Shown: positions 1 to 8,203 of the stretch, piece by piece | Layout of the letters: each line of letters begins with the position of its first letter | Position numbering within the stretch: the first letter of the stretch is position 1 | Notes under the pieces: model-generated | What the model saw: the letters and a program-made list of their open reading frames with translations, nothing else | Told to the model about the DNA's origin: nothing | The model's database searches: none | NCBI GenBank assembly: GCA_038217285.1 | Contig: JBBQPO010000050.1 | Location: 1 to 27,085, forward strand | DNA from: Chthonomonadales bacterium | GTDB taxonomy: Bacteria; Armatimonadota; Chthonomonadetes; Chthonomonadales; Chthonomonadaceae | Reading direction: 5' to 3' | DNA length: 27,085 nt | Made by a program: the position numbers and the translations under genes

Positions 1-128
1 TACGCACCGCCTGCGGCGGTCAAGGGGTTATCACCCCTCGCTACGCACCGCCTGCGGCGGTCAAGGGGTTATCACCCCTCGCTACGCACCGCCTGCGGCG
101 GTCAAGGGGTTATCACCCCTCGCTACGC
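1..128 (-). repeat. Tandem array of 41-bp REP-like palindromic units (3 exact copies plus a 5-bp partial; may continue left of the window)
   Basis: The unit TACGCACCGCCTGCGGCGGTCAAGGGGTTATCACCCCTCGC occurs at 1-41, 42-82 and 83-123, with no spacers. The minus strand reads GTAG-CGAGGGGT-GATA-ACCCCTTG then ACCGC-CGCAG-GCGGT: a GTAG tetramer followed by two hairpins, as in GTAG-family REPs. Confidence 0.85.
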
Positions 129-185
129 GGCTTCGCCGGATCGTCCTTCGGACGAGAGACAGGGTTGCAGGCAACTCCCATGCAG

Positions 186-218
186 ATGCCTCTCCCGTCG
201 GCCCGACAGGAGAGGCAT
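186..218 (-). terminator. Strong hairpin downstream of the lipoprotein gene (terminator or 3' stabiliser)
   Basis: Minus strand ATGCCTCTCCTGTCG-GGC-CGACGGGAGAGGCAT forms a 15-bp stem with one G-U pair, about 25 nt after the stop at 243. There is no U-tract. Confidence 0.5.
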
Positions 219-242
219 GAGGGGGCCAGGCGCAGAGGCAGG

Positions 243-1154
243 CTACGGCAGGGCGATGGTAGGTGCAGTTACGGGAACATCGAGGCGGGTGACAGTCACC
301 GTGACGGATTGCGTCGTGGTCACTGCCGCAGTCACGGTATAGGTCGCTGGTACGACCCAGAACGAATACGTGCCTGTGCTGTCTGTCAAAGTGCTGCCCA
401 GATTGAGTCCACCGGATGCCAGGCTTACGGAGACGTTGGCGGCAGGCGCTCCGTGCGCTGTCACGACCCCCTGAATCGTGAACGGTGCCCCAGGAACCGT
501 TCCTGTTGGCTGTGCGATGAGCAGATCACCGATGGGGTTCGCCCCGGTCACCAGGGCGAACTGCAGCGTATCGGCAGTAATCGGTTTGTCCTCGAACCCG
601 ATGGCTGTGACCTTGCCTAAGAACCCGGCCGTCGCGCCGAGACCGACGGGCAGGTTTGTCAGGGTAAATGTGCCGTCCGTACCGGATTTCGCCGACGCGT
701 TCGCGATGGTCACCGTGGCACCGGTTATCGGCTTGGTTACGCCACTGACGGATGCCACGACACGCCCGGTGACGGTCGCGGTATATCCGCCATTGGAGAG
801 GTAGAGCGTCCCGAGGTTGTTTACGCGGTTCGGTGTCAGAGCCAGCGTCAGGGTAAGCGGCAGCTCATTTGCCGCCGTGACACTGCCGGAGGTCGTCCCA
901 GAGCCTACGTTGGAGAGAGCAAACTTGCCGTCGGCGTCCGTAGTCGCCGTCTGTCCGCCGATTTTCACGGTAGCGCCTGCCGACGCCGGCAGACCGGTTT
1001 CAACACTCAGCACCGTACCGGTAACCGTCACGGGGGCACCGGTCCCTGGACCGCTCCCTCCTCCTCCTCCACAGCCTGTCAATACGACGGCAAGGGCGCA
1101 CAAGAGGCCTAACGCCGCTCCTGATCCATATCTATGGTTTGCATGGGTTCGCAT
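243..1154 (-). CDS. Lipoprotein with about three carboxypeptidase-regulatory-like (transthyretin/Ig-like) beta domains, 303 aa
   Basis: Start reassigned to ATG 1154 (AGAGGAG SD upstream). Signal peptide ends in lipobox VLTG-C followed by a Gly tether. Repeated 'V.G.V...GATV.I....TTD.DG.F.L.N' units. Confidence 0.8.
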   Translation of the reverse strand: MRTHANHRYGSGAALGLLCALAVVLTGCGGGGGSGPGTGAPVTVTGTVLSVETGLPASAGATVKIGGQTATTDADGKFALSNVGSGTTSGSVTAANELPLTLTLALTPNRVNNLGTLYLSNGGYTATVTGRVVASVSGVTKPITGATVTIANASAKSGTDGTFTLTNLPVGLGATAGFLGKVTAIGFEDKPITADTLQFALVTGANPIGDLLIAQPTGTVPGAPFTIQGVVTAHGAPAANVSVSLASGGLNLGSTLTDSTGTYSFWVVPATYTVTAAVTTTQSVTVTVTRLDVPVTAPTIALP

Positions 1155-1167
1155 TGTAAACTCCTCT

Positions 1168-4100
1168 TTAGCGAGTGATGATGACCGGCAGGATGGAGCG
1201 ACTACGCTCGCCTTCCGTATTCTTGGCACTGATTTCGAGTGTGTAGGGGCCTGCCGGCAGACCGCGTCCACGATCGTCACGAAGATCCCAGACGATCTGG
1301 TTGGTGCCCGCCTGTGCGGCGCGTCCCGCCGCAGACAGATGGCGCACGATACTCCCGCCCATGCGAATCTCCACGGTGGTTTCTGCGTCCGCAGTGAGTT
1401 CGTAGCGAATGACCGCCGGTGCCGCAGCACGACCAGGGGCGTTAAACGGTCGGTCCATCGACAGGTTGCGAATGAACAGATGGCTGGCCGAACGGGGTTC
1501 CGCCACGATCTGGAAGCTGCGGACCATCTCATTCTGGGCCGGAGTGAAGACATAGCTCGATGCGCTGATCATCTGAGTGCGCGAGCCGCTCGTCTTATCC
1601 AGCAGGGTCAATCGGGTGCCTTTCGGCACTTTCGCAGTGTCGCTCCAAGTCAGCGTATAAGGCTCTTGAGCGCGCGGCACGCTTACGGTCACGTTCCACT
1701 CGGAATGGGTTCCACTGTGGCGGAAATCGGAGAGGAAGTCGCCTCCGACTCCATTGCCGGCATCCCAGTCGCTGTGGGGGAAGCGTACCGCGAGAGTGGC
1801 TGCGCGGCTGAAGGGCGGGGGACTGGCTGCATCCTGGGCAGATTTGAACGTTTCCGCTCCCTGTTTAGACTGTCCGAAGTGCGCGCCCGACACGGAGCCT
1901 CTGGAATCGCGCAGCAACAGCGGCACGCTCCAACTGCCCATCTCCTTCGTGGGGGTGGCGCTTGATCGCGAAACCTTGAGCGCGCGGGCCGAGCGATTGT
2001 TCGGATTGCTGTAGATGATCGTGACGCCTTCGGTCACCCTCACGCGTATCCAATAGCCTTTCCAGGGCTCCAGTGTGTTCTTCGGAACCGTTGGATCCGC
2101 AGAGGTCAGGATGTCCACATATCCGGCGGACGGGGAAAATCCGGTGATGCCGACGGCCACCCACTCATTTGCGACGGCTCCCGCCAGGTCGACCGAGTCA
2201 CCGCCAAGGTAGGAGAATGAGATATCCATCGTGGTGGCGTTCAGGCCGGGAGCCATGCTGTACGGCGTGCCGATCTGGTTCCAGCCGAAGAGCAAGGGGA
2301 CAGAGATGTCTTTCTCTGCGTCGGTAAGCTGCCCTTTCACGGTCGCACTCAGATTGATGTTGAAACTGCTCCACAGTCCATAACCGGGCTGATAGGTCGG
2401 CAGGGACGGGTAGCGCTGGTACTTGTCTGCAGCCGGCAGATCCTGGCGGTACTGGGCAAGCAACAGGGTCTTCGGATCGGCCTGGGCTCCGAGCGCCAGC
2501 GCCATGTTTCCGGACAGTGGCTTGATGGGCAGGGAGATCATCTGCGGTCCGGCCTGAAAGACATGGGTCAGGGTAGTCGGAGCGCCGGCAGTGACGAACT
2601 TGAAAATCGGTGCCGCCGTGCCGCTACGGTGCAGGACGTTGCGCCGGTAGGTTTGTGGAACCCCTCCTGCCGGGGTGAAGGTAAATGTGTCGCGACTGAA
2701 GGCGTTGGGGGGGCCGCCGAGACCACCGAAGACGCCCTGAACAACGGTTACGTTCTGTGTTGCGCCACTTTCGAACTGAATACTGAGTTGGCCCGCATCG
2801 GCACCGACGAATTCTCCCGAAAAATCGTTCGGAGCGGCCATCGTGCCGGTCTGTCCCGTGGGGAAGTAGACGCGGGTATATTCGTGATTGATCGGAAAGT
2901 CCATCGCGACCCGCATCTGGTCTTTCGGAGTGCCACCAATGTTTGTGAAGAACGGAGCGAGAGCGCCGAAGCCGTTCGTTACGGGAATGGCATTGGGCAC
3001 CGATCCCAGAATAAGGTGATTCTGGAAGGTAGAGTCCCAGAAGATCGGATAGACCGTGCCGTCCATGTCCGTTTCGTCACCGACACCGGTCGGTGTCAGG
3101 GACGTTTTGTAGTAGACGAGAAAGACCGCTGCGCCGCTGTCGTCACCCTGGGTCGTTGTGGGGAAAGTCGGCTGCGGATAGGCATAGATCTTGGGGCCAG
3201 GGGTGACGCTGGTATCGAGCACGAACTGCTGCTCGAACCACTGATCGAACGGCTGCCCCTCGACGTTGGGCACGACGCCGCCGGCGATCGCGCGCAGTGC
3301 GTTGACGTCGTTCGCCGTGTTGACGTTGGCATTGAACGCATCGAAGTACGCTGCGTTGAACAACCGGAAGAAGCCATGGTTCTCCATATAGCATTTCAAC
3401 CACGCTGTCGATGACATCTGAAGGCGCGGAATCAGCATTCCGGAGAGGGTCGTCCTGTTGAAGGCCTGATCGCTCTTAGTCGGCGGTGTGAAGGTGTTGT
3501 TGCCCAGTGCCGGCTGATTCAGAAGATCGTAAAGCGGCGTGTAGTAGAAGCCGTTTGTCGGATCGAGCGGCGTGTTATCGGGGGCGGGGATCGTACCGAT
3601 CTCTTGAGCCGCAACGACCGTCGCGGCGCGCGCCATGCCCTGTTCCCAGGCGTCGTAACCGATACGGAAGGGGCCGTGAAAGGCCTGCACCATGGCCTGC
3701 GACAGAGCGAGAAACTCCGTCTGTGGATCCATAAACGAGGGGAACTGTATCTCCACGCGGACGTCGTCCGTGCCGACGACATTGATAACGACCAGCGCCC
3801 CGATCACTTCGTCGCCCTTGTTTAGACGCGGGTCCAGGTTGAGCACGGTGACGGTCGCATTGGTCGCGCCCTTGTTGTGCCATAGCGGCAGGCCGAGGAG
3901 CGATTTCAGTTCCGGCTTCAGCACCATATTGGCTAGTCGGTCCAGGGCGCTCGCTTTTTCGAGCGTCCAGGCGCCGGGCTCGCCAGCGGGCAGGCTCACC
4001 GGGACGTTAAAAGTGATGTCGTTGGATCCGGGCGGACCTCCGGCGCGGGTGTGCCGAACCGAGGGAAGCGCCAGTCGCCCGTTGTGACGGATGATCGCCG

Positions 4101-4425
4101 CCTGGGTGAAATCGAACTGCTGATTGGGCCGAACGAGATGTTGTTGGCGCATCATGGCGATCTCTTTTTGGATCGCCGGACTCTGCGAGTCGAGGCTGGA
4201 ACGATACTGCCTCAGCGCGGCCTCTCGAACCGCAGCCGTATCACCGGGGTTTGGTACATCGACGATAAGCGCCGACTGCGGTCCGTTTGCAACAGTACGA
4301 AACTTCTGGTTGCTGACGTTGTGATAAGTCTGCGCTCTCGATGGGAGCGCAAGCCACAATCCGGAAAGCGCGAGACAGATCGGCGCAATCAGGCGGGCGG
4401 CTGGGCGAATGTCCAAAGGTTTCAA
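1168..4425 (-). CDS. Large secreted protein (~1085 aa) with degenerate gluzincin-like domain and C-terminal FlgD-like Ig domain
   Basis: Probable TTG start at 4425 (GGAGGG 8 nt upstream). Sec signal ...LALSGLWLALPSRA-Q. The C-terminus 'IRYEL...VEI...G.IVRHL...GTNQIVWDLRDDRGRGLPAGPYTLEI' is FlgD_ig-like. Confidence 0.75.
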   Translation of the reverse strand: MKPLDIRPAARLIAPICLALSGLWLALPSRAQTYHNVSNQKFRTVANGPQSALIVDVPNPGDTAAVREAALRQYRSSLDSQSPAIQKEIAMMRQQHLVRPNQQFDFTQAAIIRHNGRLALPSVRHTRAGGPPGSNDITFNVPVSLPAGEPGAWTLEKASALDRLANMVLKPELKSLLGLPLWHNKGATNATVTVLNLDPRLNKGDEVIGALVVINVVGTDDVRVEIQFPSFMDPQTEFLALSQAMVQAFHGPFRIGYDAWEQGMARAATVVAAQEIGTIPAPDNTPLDPTNGFYYTPLYDLLNQPALGNNTFTPPTKSDQAFNRTTLSGMLIPRLQMSSTAWLKCYMENHGFFRLFNAAYFDAFNANVNTANDVNALRAIAGGVVPNVEGQPFDQWFEQQFVLDTSVTPGPKIYAYPQPTFPTTTQGDDSGAAVFLVYYKTSLTPTGVGDETDMDGTVYPIFWDSTFQNHLILGSVPNAIPVTNGFGALAPFFTNIGGTPKDQMRVAMDFPINHEYTRVYFPTGQTGTMAAPNDFSGEFVGADAGQLSIQFESGATQNVTVVQGVFGGLGGPPNAFSRDTFTFTPAGGVPQTYRRNVLHRSGTAAPIFKFVTAGAPTTLTHVFQAGPQMISLPIKPLSGNMALALGAQADPKTLLLAQYRQDLPAADKYQRYPSLPTYQPGYGLWSSFNINLSATVKGQLTDAEKDISVPLLFGWNQIGTPYSMAPGLNATTMDISFSYLGGDSVDLAGAVANEWVAVGITGFSPSAGYVDILTSADPTVPKNTLEPWKGYWIRVRVTEGVTIIYSNPNNRSARALKVSRSSATPTKEMGSWSVPLLLRDSRGSVSGAHFGQSKQGAETFKSAQDAASPPPFSRAATLAVRFPHSDWDAGNGVGGDFLSDFRHSGTHSEWNVTVSVPRAQEPYTLTWSDTAKVPKGTRLTLLDKTSGSRTQMISASSYVFTPAQNEMVRSFQIVAEPRSASHLFIRNLSMDRPFNAPGRAAAPAVIRYELTADAETTVEIRMGGSIVRHLSAAGRAAQAGTNQIVWDLRDDRGRGLPAGPYTLEISAKNTEGERSRSILPVIITR

Positions 4426-4603
4426 GCGGGAGTCCCTCCAGGATAGAACGGTGCAGGACACGGTGGCCCTGAGGCATGACGGGGGTTTCGAATGCAACTA
4501 CTCTGGTCCGTCCAGTCGAGGGGGTGACGGCAAAGAGCCTACTACGAACTACGCGCCCGGTGGGGCATGCGTTCCCAACAGCGGTCATTTCGGGAACGAT
4601 TGG

Positions 4604-4634
4604 AAAAACCGCGATGGACGAATGTCCATCGCGG
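4604..4634 (-). terminator. Intrinsic terminator after the 4649-6190 lipoprotein gene
   Basis: Minus strand CCGCGATGGAC-ATTC-GTCCATCGCGG-TTTTT: perfect 11-bp stem plus U-tract, 14 nt after the stop. Confidence 0.85.
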
Positions 4635-4648
4635 CGGCAATGGGCGCC

Positions 4649-6190
4649 TCAGGGCGCGACGAATGTCTGAAGCGGACTGACGCTGAAAGCGGAAGCCACA
4701 CTGTCCTGCGCCAGGACTGCCCAGAAGTAGGTATGCCCGGACACCAAAGCCGGACCGGCATAGATGCCGGAGGTAGACGAGAAGTCCGCGTTCCAGACAG
4801 GAGCGACGCCATTCGGGTCGGTATCGGACTGCAGCGCGGGGAACTGATCGTAAACGAGCACCTTGTAGAGTGTCGCGCGATTGACGGTGTTCCAGCGGAA
4901 CGTCGGCGTGGCGGAGGTCACGCTGGCGCTCGCAGGCGACACCAACGACTGGGGGCCGAGTGGTTGGACGGTGACCGGCGGCTGTACGGGGGGGCTGATA
5001 CCGCCGCCATTCGACGGGAAGTTGATCGTGTCCAAGCGGGAGATGCTGTAGTAGTAGAGGTGATCCGGTGTCAGCAGTGAGTCGTTGTCCGCAAAACGAT
5101 CTGCCAGCGGATCCCTCAAGGTAGCGATGGAGACGAAGTTGGCCGGGCTGATTGTCGTGGCCCGCACAATGTCGTAGCCATACAGGTTGTCCAGTTGCTG
5201 ATAGTCCCAGAACAGATCGGTTTCGATGAGGCTTCCCGACGGCGTATCGCGCGTCAGGCTGCGATGCAAGACGATCTTCTGCGCTGCCGCAGAATGGTGG
5301 GCCAGCAGGGCGCGCTTCTTCAGGACGATCTGGCTTATTACGTTCATAAATCCGGCTGTGTCTCCGGCGGCGCGGGTTGGGTTGAGCGGCGCCGTGATCG
5401 TCGTCGCGGCCAGGCCATCCGGGGCCGGGACGGTCGATGTACCACTGCTGGTAGTCAACGTCAGCGTCACCTGGGTCGAACTGGACGGCAGTACGGAGAT
5501 ATTGCTGAGTGTCTGGTTTATCAGCCCGACGCGCGAGGCCGAGATGGTATAGGAGTTCCCAGGCGGCAGGCTTGGCAGGGTGAAACCGCCATCAGAGCGG
5601 GTGGTCGTGTTGAACGAAGCCAGGTTGTTGAAGTACTGCTGCGCAGGCGCGCCGGAAGGGGCGAAGGGGCCGACGTTGGCGAATACGCGGGCTTCGGCCA
5701 GACGGTTGCCGGTCTGGTCCACCACGACACCGATGATGGAGCCCTGGGTATTCGTCGGCGACAGGACGATCTGAACGTCGTGGGTGATCGGGTCGCTGGA
5801 GAGCACTTCGACCTGGTTCTGGCCGCTGTAGGCGACACCTTTGATCGTCGCGGTGGCGACCACTGTGCTGACCAGCGAGGTCTGACCAGCCGGAACGACG
5901 ACGTTCGGAATGATGTAGGAGCCGTACTGGGTCGATGCGGCCGTTTGCGAACCGAAACGAATCATCGCACCAACGACAGGCGCATTGTTCATGTCGGTGA
6001 CGGTGCCGTTGATCTCACTGACAAAGGTAGGCGGCGGCGGCCCCTGGTGATTCGAGTTGCTGCCGCCTCCGCCACAGCCTGCAAGGGCGACGAGGCCGAG
6101 CAGAGCCAGACATGGCAGCAGGATGATCGAAACACGGTAGGACCGAGTGGCCTGCGCTGAGGAGCGCGGTGGGTTGGCTGCAGATGCGAT
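4649..6190 (-). CDS. Lipoprotein with carboxypeptidase-regulatory-like and fibronectin-III-like domains (~513 aa; putative ATC start)
   Basis: The track ORF (ATG 5992) stays open upstream to TAA at 6215-6217. The extension encodes RSYRVSIILLPCLALLGLVALAG-C-GGGGSN, a lipoprotein signal with Gly tether. It contains no in-frame ATG/GTG/TTG, and GGGAGGAGG lies 8 nt before an in-frame ATC at 6190. Confidence 0.75.
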   Translation of the reverse strand: MASAANPPRSSAQATRSYRVSIILLPCLALLGLVALAGCGGGGSNSNHQGPPPPTFVSEINGTVTDMNNAPVVGAMIRFGSQTAASTQYGSYIIPNVVVPAGQTSLVSTVVATATIKGVAYSGQNQVEVLSSDPITHDVQIVLSPTNTQGSIIGVVVDQTGNRLAEARVFANVGPFAPSGAPAQQYFNNLASFNTTTRSDGGFTLPSLPPGNSYTISASRVGLINQTLSNISVLPSSSTQVTLTLTTSSGTSTVPAPDGLAATTITAPLNPTRAAGDTAGFMNVISQIVLKKRALLAHHSAAAQKIVLHRSLTRDTPSGSLIETDLFWDYQQLDNLYGYDIVRATTISPANFVSIATLRDPLADRFADNDSLLTPDHLYYYSISRLDTINFPSNGGGISPPVQPPVTVQPLGPQSLVSPASASVTSATPTFRWNTVNRATLYKVLVYDQFPALQSDTDPNGVAPVWNADFSSTSGIYAGPALVSGHTYFWAVLAQDSVASAFSVSPLQTFVAP

Positions 6191-6322
6191 GGGGGTATCC
6201 TCCTCCCGAAAAATTTAAGAAGCGTAACACAATACCGCTTACTGTACGCTCTCTCGCTGAAAACGTCGGCGTTCCCAGTTCGTGACACCGAGCAGGGGGA
6301 GGTTCGGTTGCAGAACAGTCCT

Positions 6323-6331
6323 ATTTTACCA
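6323..6331 (-). promoter_or_regulatory. Possible extended -10 promoter for the lipoprotein gene
   Basis: Minus strand TG-G-TAAAAT in the intergenic region; no good -35. Confidence 0.35.
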
Positions 6332-6424
6332 CAACTCGTGTGAATTTCAGGTCGGCGCTCGTGGTTTGTCCGTTCGGGAGGAGCCACGGCGGGGAATCGT
6401 AACACGTTGTAAATATCGGCAGAA

Positions 6425-6817
6425 CTATCCGACTTGGCCGGGCCGCTCCAACAGAGCCGTGCGGACACGGTCTTCCAGAGTGTCCAGTCCAAAAGGTTTT
6501 ACGAGGATACCGGCGACACCGAGGCGTGCCACCGGAACGCTTACCGTCGGCCGGTCATCGGTAGACATCAACAGCAAGGCTGCATCCGGACAGAGGGTGC
6601 GGAGACGGGGTAAAAACGTGTCGGAGTCGCGGATTCGCAGGTCCCACAACAGAATATCGAAGGGCTGCTGAAGCGCGAAACGGTACGCATCCGAACCGGT
6701 CGAAGCGCAGACCACGCGAAACCGACCTTCCTTGGTAAGTTTTGCCTCGAAGACCCGACAGATAGTTGGCTCTGCGTCCACAACCAGTACGGAGAACGGA
6801 GCAGGGGTGTCTTGCAT
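6425..6817 (-). CDS. Single-domain response regulator (CheY-like receiver), 130 aa
   Basis: ATG 6817 with GGAAGG upstream. Motifs VLVVDAE, LLWD (phospho-Asp position), LMST and LVKPF. No output domain. Confidence 0.85.
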   Translation of the reverse strand: MQDTPAPFSVLVVDAEPTICRVFEAKLTKEGRFRVVCASTGSDAYRFALQQPFDILLWDLRIRDSDTFLPRLRTLCPDAALLLMSTDDRPTVSVPVARLGVAGILVKPFGLDTLEDRVRTALLERPGQVG

Positions 6818-6891
6818 GGCTAGAACCTTCCGCATGAAACGGCGAACTGTACGGCGACCGTACAGGGACAAGTTGGCTTGGTTGTTTCTAT

Positions 6892-6907
6892 TGCAACTTT
6901 TGTGCCA
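6892..6907 (-). promoter_or_regulatory. sigma54 (RpoN) -24/-12 promoter
   Basis: Minus strand TGGCAC-AAAAG-TTGCA is an exact match to TGGCAC-N5-TTGCW. It is intergenic and oriented toward the receiver gene. Confidence 0.85.
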
Positions 6908-6972
6908 AGTGGTTGACTGCGGTCTTCTGCGCGAAATTACAGAAGAAAGCCGTGTTCCGGAAGGGGCTTCAT

Positions 6973-8175
6973 TTACAGAGCGAGATGGAGGGTGTGTGGG
7001 AGCAGGTCCGGTGTGAGCACCCTGGCCTCGCGGTCCGCAAGCACGACGGCTCGCTCCATCGCGTTCTCCAGCTCACGGACATTGCCAGGCCAGACATAAC
7101 GTTTCAGCAACTCCATCGCATCGGGGCTTACTTGCGATAGTTTTCGATTGTTCTGCCGGTTGAATTTGGCGAGGAAATGCTCCACCAGTGTAGGGATATC
7201 GTCGGTGCGTTCGCGCAGGGGCGGGAGCGTGATGGTCACGATATTGAGGCGATAGTAGAGGTCGGTTCGGAACTTTTCGTCGGCAACGGCCTTTTCGAGG
7301 TTCTTATTGGTCGCTGCGATGAGCCGGACATCCACTTTCAGGCTTTTCGTGCCTCCGATCCGTTCGAACTCCCACTCCTGCAGAACGCGAAGCAGTTTGA
7401 TCTGAACGGTGGTGGGAATGTCGCCGATCTCGTCGAGAAACAGCGTGCCTTGATTCGCCAGTTCGAAACGGCCCGGTTTGGCGGCGACGGCTCCGGTAAA
7501 CGCGTTCTTCTCATGGCCGAATAGCTCACTCTCCAGAAGGGTCTCCGGTAAGGCGGCGCAAGAGACGGGAACGAAAGGCTTGTTGGCCCGCCCGCTCTGG
7601 GTATGGAGCGCCCGGGCGATCAGCTCCTTGCCGGTACCGCTTTCGCCCCGAATCAACACCGTCGCCCGCGTTTCTGCCACCCGTTCCACGATCCGGTAGA
7701 CCTCTCGCATTTTGTCGCTCACGCAGTCCAGGATCATGGATGTCTGGGTTGCTTTGCCTGTTCCAGTCTTCGGCGCCGGCACATCCGAAATCTTGTCGCG
7801 ATGCGCGATGGCCTGTTTGAGAACGACGCGGACTTCGTCGATATCGAAGGGTTTCGAGAGATAGGTAAACGCGCCGTAACGCATCGCCTCGACTGCCGAC
7901 TTGATGGTTCCGTACGCGGTGACGATGATCGCGGCGCAGTTCGGGTGAATCTCCTTGACGCGCTTCAACAACTCCACCCCGTTCATGTCCGGCATGATCA
8001 GGTCGGATACGAGCACATCGACCGTGTTGGAGGCGGCGATGTCGAGGGCGCGTTTGCCGTTCTCGGCCGTGAGAACGGTATAACCCTCTTTTGTCAGCAT
8101 CGCCTCAAAGACGCGCCGGATATTGGGCTCATCATCGGCAACGAGGATCGTCTGTGTTTTGGTCGGTTGGGTCAA
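6973..8175 (-). CDS. NtrC-family sigma54-dependent response regulator (REC + AAA+, no C-terminal HTH), ~400 aa
   Basis: TTG start at 8175 after GAGGAG. REC motifs ADDE, SDLIMP, KPFD. AAA+ motifs: Walker [24 protein letters not shown], Walker [26 protein letters not shown]. The protein ends at [10 protein letters not shown]. Confidence 0.95.
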   Translation of the reverse strand: MTQPTKTQTILVADDEPNIRRVFEAMLTKEGYTVLTAENGKRALDIAASNTVDVLVSDLIMPDMNGVELLKRVKEIHPNCAAIIVTAYGTIKSAVEAMRYGAFTYLSKPFDIDEVRVVLKQAIAHRDKISDVPAPKTGTGKATQTSMILDCVSDKMREVYRIVERVAETRATVLIRGESGTGKELIARALHTQSGRANKPFVPVSCAALPETLLESELFGHEKNAFTGAVAAKPGRFELANQGTLFLDEIGDIPTTVQIKLLRVLQEWEFERIGGTKSLKVDVRLIAATNKNLEKAVADEKFRTDLYYRLNIVTITLPPLRERTDDIPTLVEHFLAKFNRQNNRKLSQVSPDAMELLKRYVWPGNVRELENAMERAVVLADREARVLTPDLLPHTLHLAL

Positions 8176-8203
8176 TTCTACTCCTCGATACATCGAGCGC
8201 AGG

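Noticed and set aside
1-128. CRISPR array
   Set aside because: The units are contiguous and identical with no unique spacers, and no cas genes are in the window.
1155-1553. N-terminal extension of the 243..1553 track ORF
   Set aside because: It overlaps the upstream gene. The SD and signal peptide place the start at 1154.
4554-4576. Possible ECF promoter (GGAAC-N17-CGTA, minus strand) for the large secreted protein
   Set aside because: A short match in GC-rich DNA with no second consistent instance in the window; too weak to call.
5989-6230. Frameshift explanation for the missing lipoprotein start (track ORFs 5989..6492 and 6015..6230)
   Set aside because: The signal peptide is already in frame with the body, and those ORFs show no recognisable protein features.
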